NCBI GenBank assembly: GCA_963753475.1
Contig: CAVWCN010000022.1
Span: 14,036-78,035, forward strand
Direction of reading: 5' to 3'
Length of the DNA stretch: 64,000 nt
Source: an uncultured Acidobacteriota bacterium
Lineage (GTDB): Bacteria > Acidobacteriota > Terriglobia > Acidiferrales > UBA7541
The notes below the pieces were generated by a model. That model searched no databases. It saw only the letters and a program-made list of their open reading frames with translations, and was not told the DNA's origin. Of this stretch, positions 28,234 to 39,236 are shown one piece after another (the stretch's first letter is position 1; every line of letters starts with the position of its first letter). Both the position numbers and the translations under genes were made by a program.

Positions 28234-28323
28234 GGGTGACGCGTCTGGTGGAGTCGATCACAAGAAACCGCGAAAACTCGCCGGCGAGACACCGGCGCTA
28301 CCATGACATACGGCGGAGAAGGG

Positions 28324-29355
28324 TCAGGGGATGAGGGGGAGGCCTTCGATATCGGCGTCGAGAGTGTAGAGGGCGCTGTTGGTGGTGATGAAGGAGCGGT
28401 GGGAGGGGAGAAGCGCGAGGCCGACGATATTGCTGCCGCTGATGACAAGCTCCGGCTCGGCCTGGGGAGTCAGGCGGACGACTCCGCGTCTTGCCGCCGA
28501 GCGAGGCGGCAACGTAGAGATTGCCAAAGCGGTCGAAGGCGAGCCCTTGCGGGCGGCCGAGCCCCCGAAAAAATGTGCTGACTTCGCCTGCCGGAGAAAT
28601 CTTGATAGACGCGGTCGAAGCTGGACGTGGTCGGGCCGGTGACGTAGAGGTCGCCGGTTGGGCTGAAGGCCAGGTGATAGGCGGAGATCGAGGGCTCCAG
28701 CGTGGCGAACACGAAGATTTCGCGGTCGGCGCCAATTTTGAAAATGGTGCCGCTGCGGTCGCCCACGTAGAGATTTCCAGCGGGGTCGAATGCGAGGCCC
28801 GTGGCGATGCCCATGCCTTCGATCCACTGCATGGCGCGGCCGTCGGGAGAGACGCGGTGGATGGTGCCGTCGTTGCGGCAGGAGACAAAAAGGTGGCCCT
28901 CGCGGCCGATCGCCAGGCCTGTAGGATTCATCAGCTCGGTGATGAACGGCTTCACGTTGTGATTCGAGGTGATTTTGTAGAGCGAGACGGGAACTTTTTG
29001 GCCGCGCTGGCCGCTGAACGTGACGTAGACATTGCCTTCGGCATCCACCGCAGGATTCGCAACGGGATGGAGATTGTCGGCGAGCTGCACGCCGAGCGCA
29101 ATGGGGAAGGGCTGGCTCTCGATGCTGCCCATGCGCACGCGGACCGCGCCTCCGGCGGCTCCGTCAGGAACGCGCGCGATCAGCGAAGTTTTCCGCTGCG
29201 ACCACGACGCTGCCTTCCACTGGGCCGAATTGAACCTGGGGCCGCGTGTGGTTGCCGATGGCCGCGAAGCCGCTGCCGTGAATTTTGATTTCGCCGCCGG
29301 GAAGAGCCGCCGCCGGCTTCACGCTTTCGATTCGGGGCGCGGAGGTCATTGGCAC
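28324..29355 (-). pseudogene. IPT/TIG domain plus NHL-repeat (SMP-30/gluconolactonase-like) beta-propeller protein; several frame breaks
   Basis: Fragments are 29164..29355 (IESVKPAAALPGGEIKIHGSGF, IPT-like), 28470..29138 (repeated NHL-like blades: GLAIGREGHLFV, GLAFDPAGNLYVGD, FSPTGDLYV), 28298..28888 (GLAFDRFGNLYVA) and 28324..28827 (C-terminus). Confidence 0.6.
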
Positions 29356-29370
29356 GGGAGTTCAGAGTCG

Positions 29371-29453
29371 ACGGTTGAGAGTCGAGACGTAACGGTTGAA
29401 AGTTGTAGGTTCAGTAGAAGCGAGTTGACAGCGGGCAGTCGACCGTTGACAGC
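29371..29453. promoter_or_regulatory. Four phased GTTGA-containing direct repeats upstream of the NHL/IPT gene
   Basis: acggttga occurs at 29371 and 29392, and gttgacagc at 29424 and 29445. Spacings are 21, 29 and 21 nt measured at the GTTGA cores (29374, 29395, 29424, 29445). The repeats lie 15-100 nt upstream of the minus-strand start at 29355. Confidence 0.35.
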
Positions 29454-29547
29454 AAAATAAGAATCCGGCATGTACGGCGCGGGACAAATCATCATTGAGA
29501 TGAGGCACTCAGCCCCATGCAGCTTTCCGCCTGCATAGTCTAGCTTC

Positions 29548-30190
29548 TCACAATCCCAGCGCGCGGGCGAGCCACAGGCCGAGTGCCGCGTAGATTCCGG
29601 CGATCCAGTCGTCGGCCATGATGCCCCAGCCGCCGGGAAGCGATTCCGCCTGCCGCGCGGGAAAAGGCTTCCAAATATCGAACACTCGAAAAAGTATAAA
29701 ACCCAGCAGCAAATATTTCCAGTTAAGGGCCCGATCGAAGGTGATAAGCCCGAAAGGGAAAGGCGAAGTCCAAACCCGCCCTGCCGTGGAAACGGGGAGG
29801 ATGCACCCGAAAAGCAGCGTCAAGTGCTGGCCGGAGACCTCGTCGATCACCACGCGCTGAGGGATCCTTGCGGGCCCAGAATTTGGCCGCACGATTGGCC
29901 GAGCAAAACTCCGGCGACAGCCACGATTGCGGCGAGGCCACATTGTGCCAGGAAGAACGGGTCGTCCAGAAGCGGCCTGATGATGAAACGATCGGACTCG
30001 GTGCGGCCCGCTCGAATTGTGGCAGCGGAAGCAAAGAGCCACCACGGAAGCATCCGAGGGCGAGGCCGGCGAGAGAGCCCCAGGTGCCCGGAGCGTCGGG
30101 AGGTAGCCGAGGCCGCAGGCTGTGGCGATGAACAGAGAGATCGCGGCTTGCGCGCCGAGGATGTTGACGAAGCGGACGGCCCGCTCGCAG
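29548..30190 (-). pseudogene. pgpA: Phosphatidylglycerophosphatase A; several frame breaks, start approximate
   Basis: The C-terminal frame (tail of ORF 29548..30624) reads VVIDEVSGQ...FRVFDIWKPFPARQAESLPGGWGIMADDWIAGIYAA. The N-terminal IATACGLGYLP...APGTWGSLAGL lies in other frames. Confidence 0.7.
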
Positions 30191-30259
30191 ACGAAGCGGT
30201 GGCAGGCGTGTCTGCGGATGTGTCCCGCGATGCGCCCCGTTGCTGCCGGGGAAGACGGG

Positions 30260-30456
30260 TCAGTTTTTGCGGTCATCGGGGTCTTGGTCGGGGAGTGTCG
30301 GGAGTTCGGATTCGTCGAACACGGGCTCGCTGATCTTGTATTTTTCGCTGGCCCAGTTGCCGAGATCGAGCAGGCGGCAGCGTTCGCTGCAGAACGGGAA
30401 GTCGGGGACTTCCCGGAATCGACCGGCTTGCGGCAAATCGGGCAGCGCCATTTCAC
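30260..30456 (-). pseudogene. yacG: DNA gyrase inhibitor YacG (zinc finger); one frame break at a G4/C4 homopolymer
   Basis: From the GTG at 30456 the sequence reads [17 protein letters not shown], then a shift leads to [25 protein letters not shown] (ORF 30260..30451). Adding one G to the run at 30403-30406 restores a canonical YacG. Confidence 0.7.
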
Positions 30457-30634
30457 GCGGAAAGAATACAGCAGAAGAACCGAGACGGAGAATCTCAGCA
30501 CGATCCCTGGACGGGTCTGAGACCCGCCCCTACGACTTCTCTGCATCATCGGTCGTAAATGAGCGAAAGGCGCGGGCACAACATGCTGTGCCCGACCGGA
30601 CACAAACCGACGACATTGCGTCACGCGAACCGGA

Positions 30635-32077
30635 TCAGGCGAGGATTGGCAGGAGATTTTTTGCTGGCGCTGATGTCGCCGCAGCGGCGATTTTGGCCGG
30701 GTCGACTGTGCGAACCGGCTCCCATTCGATGGCGCGGGCGATCAGATCGTAATCGTGCGATTCGGTGATTTCGACGGTGGCCATCGTGCCGGGCGCAGGC
30801 AGTTGCTGCGGCGTCGTTGACGCCGTCGAATTCGGTGATGTAGACTTTGCCGTCGATTTCGGGCGCCATGCCTTCGAGGCGCGCTTCCCAGACCAGTCGG
30901 TGTCCTTCGACGGGCCTTCGACCATCGCCTGCAAGCGCTTGGCCGACGCGCTTGCGCAGCTTGCGCGCGGAAATTTTCTGCTGAATCGCCATCAGCGTGT
31001 CGCGGCGGCGCGCGATCGTTTCCGCGTCCACTTTATCATCGCAGCGCGAAGCTCGAAGCGTTGTCTTCATCGGAATAGGCGAAGACGCCCATCCAGTCGA
31101 ATTCCGCGGCGTGCACGAAATCGCACAGCTCGCGAAAATCCTTTTCGGTTTCGCCGGGAAAGCCGACGATGAACGAAGTGCGCAGCGAAACGCCGGGAAT
31201 CGTTGCGCGAATGCGCTCGAGCAGTTTCAGAAACGCGTCGCCGTTCGATCCGCGCTTCATGCGCGCCAGCACGTTGCGGCTGGCGTGCTGCAGCGGCATG
31301 TCCAGATATTTCGCGAGGCGCGGGTGCGCGGCGATGGTGTCGAGCAGGCGCTGCGTGATGCGATTGGGATAGCAGTAGAGGAAGCGCACCCAGTGCAGGT
31401 CTTCGATCTGCGCGAGACGCTCGAGCAGCAGCCGCCAGGCCGTCGCGCAGGCCGAGATCTTCGCCGTAGAAGGTGGTGTCCTGCCCGATCAGCGTGATTT
31501 CGCGAACGCCCGCCGCCGCCAGATTTTCCGCTTCGCGCACCACGGATTCAAACCGGCGGCTGCGGAATTTTCCGCGCAGCTGCGGAATGATGCAGAACGT
31601 GCAGGGATGGTCGCAGCCTTCGTTGATCTTGATGTAGGCGGCGTGGCGCGGCGTGGAGAGGATGCGCGGCGTCAGGTCGTGATAGAGATAAGAGGGAAGC
31701 TTCGCGCGGCGGCGAACGTTGCGCTTAGTTCGCCTTCGCACGCCGCCAGGATTTTTTCCACTTCGCCCGTGCCGATCACGGCGTCGACTTCGGGAATCTG
31801 CTCGCGGATTTCGTTGCGATAGCGCTCGACCAGGCAGCCGGCGACGATCAGCTTTTGCGCGCGGCCGAATTTCTTGTACTCGGCCATTTCCAGGATCGAC
31901 GTCGACGGATTCCTTCTGCGCCGGCGCGATGAAGCTGCACGTGTTGACGACGAGCACTTCGGCTTCGTCGGCGCGCGGCGTGAATTCGTAGCCGGCGCGC
32001 GCAAGAATGCCCATCATCACCTCGCTATCGACGAGGTTCTTCGGGCATCCCAGGCTGACGAATCCGACTTTCGGCAT
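30635..32077 (-). pseudogene. rimO: Ribosomal protein S12 methylthiotransferase RimO (radical SAM, MTTase N-domain, TRAM); at least 5 frame breaks
   Basis: MPKVGFVSLGCPKNLVDSE starts at 32077. Other pieces are the radical-SAM motif EGCDHPCTFCIIP (31067..32107), ILEMAEYKKFG...VIGTGE (31672..32004), RFLYCYPNRIT...FIVGFPGETEKDF (31036..31389) and TRAM pieces (30621..31070, 30635..30934). Confidence 0.8.
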
Positions 32078-32116
32078 ATTCGTGCGCATGTCCGCTAGGA
32101 AAGACAAACTGTAATT

Positions 32117-32932
32117 CTAGCATGATGCTAGCGAGCGACGGGCTCCGCGGCAGTCGCTTCCCGTGCGAATCGATGGGGACGGCGTTTGTAGCAGCATGAG
32201 CAGAATCCAAAACGCAGAGAACGCGGCGAAGAGATGCTTGAGCGTGTGGCCGCTGACGATTCCGCCGAAACCAAAAATCGGACGGTCGGCGGCTTCGAAC
32301 GTTTTTGCGAGGCCATAGATGAGAAAGGAAACGATGAGATCTGCGCCTCGCGTGTATCGAGGCGGAAACAGCAAAACGAGCAGCAGGATGGCGAGCATTG
32401 AGCCAAATTGACTGAGCGCGTAGGGCCGCAGGTCGCCGCGGCCGGCTTGCTCGGTGATTCGCCAGTAGAAAACGCTCGCCAGTCCGCAAAGGACCAGTGG
32501 GGCGAGCGCGCGCAAGCCAGCTTTAGGCTGATGCGTTCCGCGATCATCGCCGAGAGCAAGCCCATGAATCCGATCGTCATGGGAAGGCGATCCCAAACGA
32601 GCCGCGAGTCTCCCGGAGCCAAGTGGTAGTAAGAAGAGCCAAACGCCGTGAGGGCGACTCCGAGAAAGAAGACGAGGTACGGCGAACGCTCGCGCGGCTC
32701 GAGAAGCCGGCGCGAGGCGGGAGCGTTTTTAGACGAGAGCGCGAAAAGTCCCCGCAGGCCGACAATGAGGAACGGGATGTTCGAAATAACGTCCAGGCAA
32801 TTGGAAATGCCGAGCCACGATCGTTGATCGGCGAAATTGTGATAGGCCTCGTTCTGAGGGATGGCGGAAGAAGAAAAACGACGAAACTGCCGCGGCAAGA
32901 AGTCCGATCAAGACCCAGACGCGCCGGTTCAT
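32117..32932 (-). pseudogene. Ceramidase-family (alkaline phytoceramidase-like) 7-TM membrane protein; at least 2 frame breaks
   Basis: MNRRVWVLIGLLAAAV (32729..32932), then IPQNEAYHNFADQRSWLGISNCLDVISNIPFLIVG...SSYYHLAP (32128..32898), then YALSQFGSMLAILLL...SGHTLKHL (32117..32596). The start overlaps the upstream stop (ATGA at 32929-32932). Confidence 0.55.
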
Positions 32933-35187
32933 CGCGTGGCGCGCTTGCGGGAGCGGAGGGAGTTGCGGATGGAGCGGAGGAGGGCGGACATTTGCTCGAT
33001 TGGCGCGGGGTGATTGCCGAAGCGGGCGGACTGGTACAGTTCGGTCAATTGCGCGACTGGGGCGGCGAATTCACGTCCGGAATGGCGGAGGCGAATTCGA
33101 GCGGAGTCTGCGAGTAGATTTCTTCCAGCCGCGCTTTTCGAGCAGGCGCAGCATCGCGCGATATTCGAGCGCGGCAAGAGACGCCGTCAAATTTCCGCTG
33201 TGGCCGGCGCGAAGACGCCAGCGCGCGGCGGCATAGGGGATCATGGAGCCTCCGCGAATGTAAAGCAGGAGAGCGATCAGGAAGGCCAGGATCGATGGAA
33301 GCGTGTAGCGCGAAGCTTCGATGCGGCGATCCAGGTTGAGCAGAAAGCGCATGGCTGCGTGCTCCTTGTGGAGCGCATAGGAGCGCGCGCGTTCGCCCCA
33401 GTTCTGCGATGACTTCCGCAGGTTCTCGGCCAGAGTCACCTGGTGTGAGAAGTCGTAGTTGATCACCCACTCGCTCCAGGCGAACTGGAACCAGTCCCAG
33501 TAGAGTCCTATGCGGGCGAAAAGGCCGTGCGGAGTCTCGTTGCCGCCGGGAGTGGGATCGAAGGTGATCCAGCCGTAGCCCGGGAAATAGATTTCCACCC
33601 AGGCGTGCGCGTCGCTTTCGCGAACGATGTAGTCGCCGGCGAGATCGTTGTACTTCGCCTGGAGGAAGCCGGTGACGTAGCGCGCGGGAATTCCCACCGC
33701 GCGCAGCATGACCGTCATGGCCGAAGCGAAATACTCGCAGTTGCCCGCGCGGCGAACGAACAGAAAGTACGCGAGCGGGTCGTCGTTCTTGAATCCGGTG
33801 AGGTCGAGCGTGTAAGCGTATTGCGTTCTCAAGTAACGTTCGACGTTGGCGACCTTGTCGTATGCATTGCGCGAGCGAGACGTGATCCGGTCGGCAAGCT
33901 GTTTGATGCGCGGATCGAGCGAAGGAAGCTGCAGGTACTTCTCGCGCAGCTCCGGCGGGTATTCGCCACGCGCCGCCTGCAACCGGGCGATGGGGACGGC
34001 GGGAATGTCCGAAGTCGCTTCATAGCGCAGCTTCGCGAAATTGTGGAACGGATTGAAAAGCGAGCCGGTGCCGTCGAGAAGCAGGTAAGGGCGTCGCTGC
34101 AGGTAAGGAGAGCCGGTCGCTTCGGCCCAAAGCGGCCCTGCAGCCGTTCGGGCTCGGAGGCGAGAAAAATCGCTCCGGTGGAGATCGGTTCCATCAAAAC
34201 GGTGTAACGCAGCGGCGCCGAATCTCCAGCGGGCAGATGGGGTTCGTTGAGGAAATATTCGCCGGTAGAGTCGGGCGACAACACCAGGTCGTCGCTCGGC
34301 GGCGTGAACCAGCGTTTTCCGTCGAAATTCGTCAGAACGATGCCGCGCCAGTGAACGTCCTGGGCGCGTGCGGGATCTCCATCGACGCGAATGCGCATCA
34401 CCACCGAGCTGTTCTTCTGGATTTGGCCGATTTCGCCGAGCGAAACATCGTCGCTGAAGCCGGTCATCAGATTCGGGCTGCAGATTAAGCCGCCGAGATA
34501 GCCGGTGGTGAAGCGCGGAATCACGAAAAAGAGGACGCCGCCGACAACCAGCGTGCTGACCGCGACGAGCACCGATGTGAGGCCCAGAGCGCGATTGAGT
34601 TGGTCGGCAAGCGGCGAGCCGGGGTCGAGTGGGGGCGAGACGGCGCCCGTGGCGCTTCGACGAATTTCCAGAGCGACGAATGTGGAGACCGCGAGAACCA
34701 GAAATATCGCCAGCGCGACCAGAAATCCCGTTTCGACGGTGAGAATCGCCGAAGCCAGCATTGCGGCGATGGCCAGAACCGCCAGGAATGCGTAATCGCG
34801 ATTCGTCCGCGCGGACAACAGGCGCACGAGCGTGGCGAACAGTAACAAGGTGGACAGCCGCGAGGAGCGCCGCGTACAGCGTTGCGATTCGGCGCATCGC
34901 CGGCGAGATTGCGCGAGTAGAACCAGAGGTCCATCGGAAAAACGAGGAAATACGCGAGTCACCAGCCAGGTGGCCGTGCGCTGTGAAAGTTCGGCGGCAC
35001 GACCGTGCCACAAGCGAATGCCTTTGTACCCCAATACGATCGGTGGAACGACGGTCGAGAACAGGTCGAGCTTGCCGGTGGAGATGATGGCGATTACGCC
35101 CGTCGCTACGAGCAAAAAGAGAGATATCTCGAAATATCGCTGTACCGCCGCGACCGGCGGCATGGTGACGCGCGCGGAGGAAGCCAT
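32929..35187 (-). pseudogene. TgpA-like transglutaminase membrane protein (DUF3488 TM region, transglutaminase core, DUF4129-like tail); several frame breaks
   Basis: Contains the N-terminal TM region (33829..35187), the core [30 protein letters not shown]...[21 protein letters not shown] (inside 33071..35791) and the tail FAAPVAQLTELYQSARFG (32929..33177). Confidence 0.75.
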
Positions 35188-35202
35188 GTCCCTGCAACGA
35201 TG

Positions 35203-36394
35203 CTAACACTCGGCCAGGTTTTGGAGCATTTGGCAGGCCGAAGCGTTCTGTGACGGTAATTGCCGGCTCAGGCCGATGCGCGAGCGCAGCCGCGGCGATT
35301 TTGCGTGTGGCGTTGGAGATGGGAAGGTGTGCAGGCGGTCGAGCGGGACGATGCGCGTGCGGGGCAGGTGCGGGAGTTTCTGCGATGCGCGCGAGAAACG
35401 GCAGCAGCGTGATGTTGCGAAACGTGACGCCGTGGCGGGCTGTGCGCAAGGCTTCGAGCCGCGTACCATGCGTGCAATCGATTGCGAGAGTCGCGCGAAG
35501 ATGCGCGGCGAGCTCGCACTGCGCGTCTCGCGCAACCTCGACGGCAGGGAATTGCCACATGCGCGAGAAGAGCACGTCATCGTGCGCGCCAGGATCCCGC
35601 ACGAGCAGCGTGCGGCCGCGCGGATCGCGCAGGATGGCGGCGGCGATCGCATGCGGACGGCGGCGGGCTTGCGCCGAGGCGCGGGGATAGTGGCGGTCAA
35701 GCCGAGGGCGCGGGCGCGGCACCAGTCGCGAGACCGGGCACGCGCCGCAGCGCGGCGATTGCGGCGTGCAGACCGTTTCGCCGAGCTCCATCAGCGCCTG
35801 ATTCCAGTCGCCGGGCGCGTCGTGCGCGAGCAGGTCGCTGCGGCCGTTTCGCTGAGGCGTTCGCCAGTGCCGTGGGCGCGCAGGTCGCCGCGAATGGCGC
35901 CGAGCCGCGCGAGGACGCGCGCGACGTTGCCGTCGAGCACCGCGAGCGGCACATCGTACGCGATGCTCAGGACGGCGGCGGCCGTGTAGCGTCCGATGCC
36001 CGGGAAGCGCGAGCGCCGCTTCGAGGTCGCGCGGGAATTCGCCGCCGTGGCGCGCGACGATTTCCTTCGCCGCGCGCGTGCAGATTTCGCGCGCGGCTGT
36101 AATAGCCGAGGCCGGACCAGTGGCTCAGGACTTCGGCTTCGCGCGCGCGGGCCAGCGAGGCGACGTCGGGAAAGCGCGCAAGGAACGCTCGTAGTAGGGA
36201 AGCACGGCGGCGATGCGCGTCTGCTGCAGCATGATTTCGGCGATCCAGATGCGGTAGGGATCGCGGCCTGCGTCGCCGGCAGGCGAGCTGGCGCGCCACG
36301 GTAATTCGCGCCGGTGCGCGCGAAACCAGCTCGCAGAAGCGCTTTCTGAGACCTGGCGAGCGATTGCGGCGTGAAGGCTTGCGGGCGAGCGCAT
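35203..36394 (-). pseudogene. mutY: A/G-specific adenine DNA glycosylase MutY; several frame breaks
   Basis: Fragments are [12 protein letters not shown]...[25 protein letters not shown] (36125..36394), [32 protein letters not shown] (35791..36720), the Fe-S loop [20 protein letters not shown] and a NUDIX-like C-terminus (start of 33071..35791). Confidence 0.8.
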
Positions 36395-36479
36395 GGCGAA
36401 CGGCCCATTTTCGCATCAGTTGCAGCAGATGAGAACGCAGCATGATCTCGGGCAAGCCGGATGCGGCTGACGAAGAGTC

Positions 36480-37821
36480 TTACAGCGGAGTCGATGAAGA
36501 CGAAGTAGGACGAGGACCACAGCGCGTGGGAATCGTGTGCTGCGGGCGGCGGGTGAGGATGATCTTGAAGATTTCGTTGATCGCGGACCAGATCGTCGAG
36601 GAACGCGCCGCCGAGCGCGGACGGGTCGGGCTGAACGCGCGCGAGCTCGCGCAGCGCGTCATAAATGATTTCGCCGGCCGGCGCCATGGCCGTCGTGAAA
36701 CGGTCGGTGCGGAATTGCAACGACGGAGTCGATTTCGTAGAAATGCCAGGCGATGCGACGCCGCCAGCGAAACGGCGCGCTCGAAGCGCTCGGTCAGTTG
36801 CAGTTGCGCCGTTTCTCCCGCGTCTTCGGCGGCGGTGCCGATGAAAGGATCGAGGACGAGCATCACGCGGCGCTCGTCCTCGCGCGCGAATTCGCGGACC
36901 ATCAGCTGGCCGGTCTTGGCCGTGGCCTTCCAGTCGACGAAGCGCGCGCTATCGGTCGGCTGATAATCGCGCAGCGAATGAAGTTCGTGCCCGCGGCCGC
37001 GAAAGTAGCTGGCCATTTCGCCGCTCAGCAGCGGCAGAATTTCGTAGAACTGGTCGGCGGGCTCGACGCGAGGATACACGAGAATCTCGATGTCGGAATC
37101 GACGCGGCGCGTCTTTTCGAAGAATCCGAACGGAAAGCGCGTGCGGATCGCCGAACGCATCCTGGCGGTAGACGCCGCGATGCGGAAAGTTGCAGCTCGA
37201 CTTTCTGCCGGACGGAGCCGAGGTGCGGGACATAGGGAAAGAAGACCGGCGTGGTCAGGACCTGCTCGGTGTTGCTTCTTATTTTCGCCGACAACTCGCA
37301 GGGAAATCGACGGCCAGAGCTGTTTTTCGTTGCGCAGCTCGAGTTCGGCGATCACGGGCGCTCGGCGAAAATGTGCTCGGGCAGATCGAATTTCAGGTCG
37401 ATGCCGTGAGCACGGCGCGCGAGAGCACGCCGGAAACGAGAATTCCCGCCAGCGCGCAGGCCAGAATCATGAACAGCAGATTGTTGCCGGTGTTGACGGC
37501 GGCCAGCACGAGAACCAGAACGGCGACCAGATAGACGATGCCTTCGCGCGTGAGGCGATAATCGATCTGATAGACGATCCAGCGCAGGCTCGTGCGTTGC
37601 GCCAGCGCGGGCACGATCGTGACGGCGACCCACGCGGCCAGGCCCAGCGAGAGCGCTGTGGCTCCAGCGGCGAGCCAGAAACGTCCGTCCTGAGCGGCTG
37701 CGGCGGAAAACAGCGCGATCAGCAGCGCGACCGACAGCACCAGCATGGCGATGCCGAAGTTGCGCCAGCCGGGCCGGTCGCGGCCTTGCCACAAGCGCGC
37801 GATGAAGGTGTGAGCAGACAT
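36480..37821 (-). pseudogene. DUF58 (vWA-like) protein with N-terminal TM segments; several frame breaks, 3' end approximate
   Basis: TM N-terminus at 37393..37821. The DUF58 core LRDYQPTDSARFVDWKATAKTGQLMVREFAREDERRVMLVLD lies in 36480..37355, and further C-terminal pieces in 35791..36720. Confidence 0.7.
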
Positions 37822-37940
37822 TAGGCGCCCTGGTCTTCAGCAGGAACAAACAGCAGATCCCTCACTCCGCTTCCTGAGAGGCGGGACTGGGTTCGGAATC
37901 GCAATCGCGGAGTTCGCGGAGCTCAAGTGCGTCACACTCG

Positions 37941-38914
37941 CTAGATCGGGACGCGGGTGGTGTCGAGAATTTCGCGCAGGATGGCTTCGGCCTGCTCGGA
38001 TTTTTTCTGCGTCGAGGCGTAGCGCGAGCTCACCACCACGCGGTGCGCGAAGACAGGAACGATCAGGCGCTTGAAGTCGTCGGGCAGGCAGTAGTCGCGG
38101 CCTTCGAGGAAGGCGCGCGCCTGCGCCGCGCGATGCAGCATCACCGCGCCGCGCGGGCTCACGCCCAGCGCTGAGCTGTTCGGTCTGGCGCGTGCGTTCG
38201 ACGATTTCGAGGGCGTAGTCGAGCAGGCTGTCGTCCACCTTCACGCTGCCGACGGATTCCTGCATGGCAAGCACGTCGGCCGCGTCCATCAGCGGCGCCG
38301 CTTTGTTCCGCCGGCGCGTGTCCGGAACTGTTGCGGATGATTTCCTTTTCGCTCTCGCGCGAGGGATAGCCCATGCGGATGCGCATCAGAAAACGGTCGA
38401 GCTGCGATTCGGGAAGCGGATAGGTGCCGTGGTGCTCGATGGGATTTTGCGTGGCGAGCACCAGAAACGGCTGCGGCAGCGGGTGCGTATGGTTGTCCAC
38501 GGTGATCTGCGCTTCGTTCATCGCTTCGAGCAGCGCCGATTGCGTTTTCGGCGTGGTGCGGTTGATTTCGTCGGCCAGCACGATATTGGCGAAGATCGGG
38601 CCGGGCTTGAATTCGAATTGCTGCGCGGCGGGATTGTAGACGCTGACGCCGATGACGTCGCTGGGCAGCATGTCGGAGGTGAACTGGATGCGCTGGAAGG
38701 AGCAGTGGAAAGAGCGCGCCAGGGCCTGGGCGAGCGTCGTCTTGCCCACGCCGGGAACGTCTTCGATCAGCAGGTGGCCGCGCGCGAGAAGGGATGTGAG
38801 CGCGAGCTGGATGACGTCGTCTTTGCCCTTCACGACGCGCCCGATCGATTTCCTCAGTTCAGCCAGTTTCGTGGCTGCTCCGTTTGTTGCGATGCTCGTT
38901 GTGACGTTCGCCAT
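37941..38914 (-). pseudogene. MoxR-family AAA+ ATPase; 2 frame breaks
   Basis: MANVTTSIA starts at 38914. Walker [13 protein letters not shown], Walker [10 protein letters not shown] and [26 protein letters not shown] lie in 38159..38965. The lid and C-terminus lie in 37837..38289 and 37941..38162. Confidence 0.85.
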
Positions 38915-39009
38915 GGTTTGCAATTCCGCGTTCCTTCTGCTACAAAACCTTTGTGGCACAGGCATTTGCCTGCGCGATGCGGTTGATATTTGGCGCCGCT
39001 TGGTTCTGC

Positions 39010-39086
39010 GGGCGACTAGCTCAGTTGGTTAGAGCGTTCCCCTCACACGGGAGAGGTCCAAGGTTCAAGTCCTTGGTCGCCCACCA
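39010..39086 (+). tRNA. tRNA-Val (anticodon CAC), CCA encoded
   Basis: Folded by hand: acceptor GGGCGAC/GTCGCCC, D-arm GCTC-AGTTGGTTA-GAGC, anticodon arm TTCCC-CTCACAC-GGGAG (U33, CAC, A37), variable loop AGGTC, T-arm CAAGG-TTCAAGT-CCTTG, discriminator A, CCA. Confidence 0.92.
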
Positions 39087-39236
39087 CTTTTCCCTCGGTG
39101 CCCCACATCCATTCTGCCATTAGACGCGGGAGGCTTCACTCGGGGTTTAGCACAGGTGTGCCCAAGAAGTGGCCAGAGACCGGCAGTTGCGATTACCCCG
39201 GCGGTCGAAAACGCCGGATTGCAGGTGGTTCAACCG

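Noticed and set aside
33071-35791. A 906-aa minus-strand ORF, the longest in this part of the window
   Set aside because: It is a chimera. Its N-terminal third is the Fe-S/NUDIX end of MutY, its middle is out-of-frame Arg-rich read-through, and its C-terminal third is the transglutaminase core of the TgpA-like gene. It exists only because frame breaks and high GC remove stops.
20010-38914. Programmed ribosomal frameshifting or genuine pseudogenisation as the explanation for the frame breaks
   Set aside because: There are far too many sites per gene and no shared slippery motif. Essential genes are affected and the inter-break protein sequence is well preserved. At least one site is a simple homopolymer miscount. 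Sequence error is the parsimonious reading, but it needs read-level confirmation.
38954-38969. A sigma54-like element TGGCAC-N5-TTTGC upstream of tRNA-Val
   Set aside because: The GG-to-GC spacing is 11 nt instead of the strict 10, and a sigma54-dependent tRNA gene is implausible. It may be a chance match, or an indel could have distorted the spacing.
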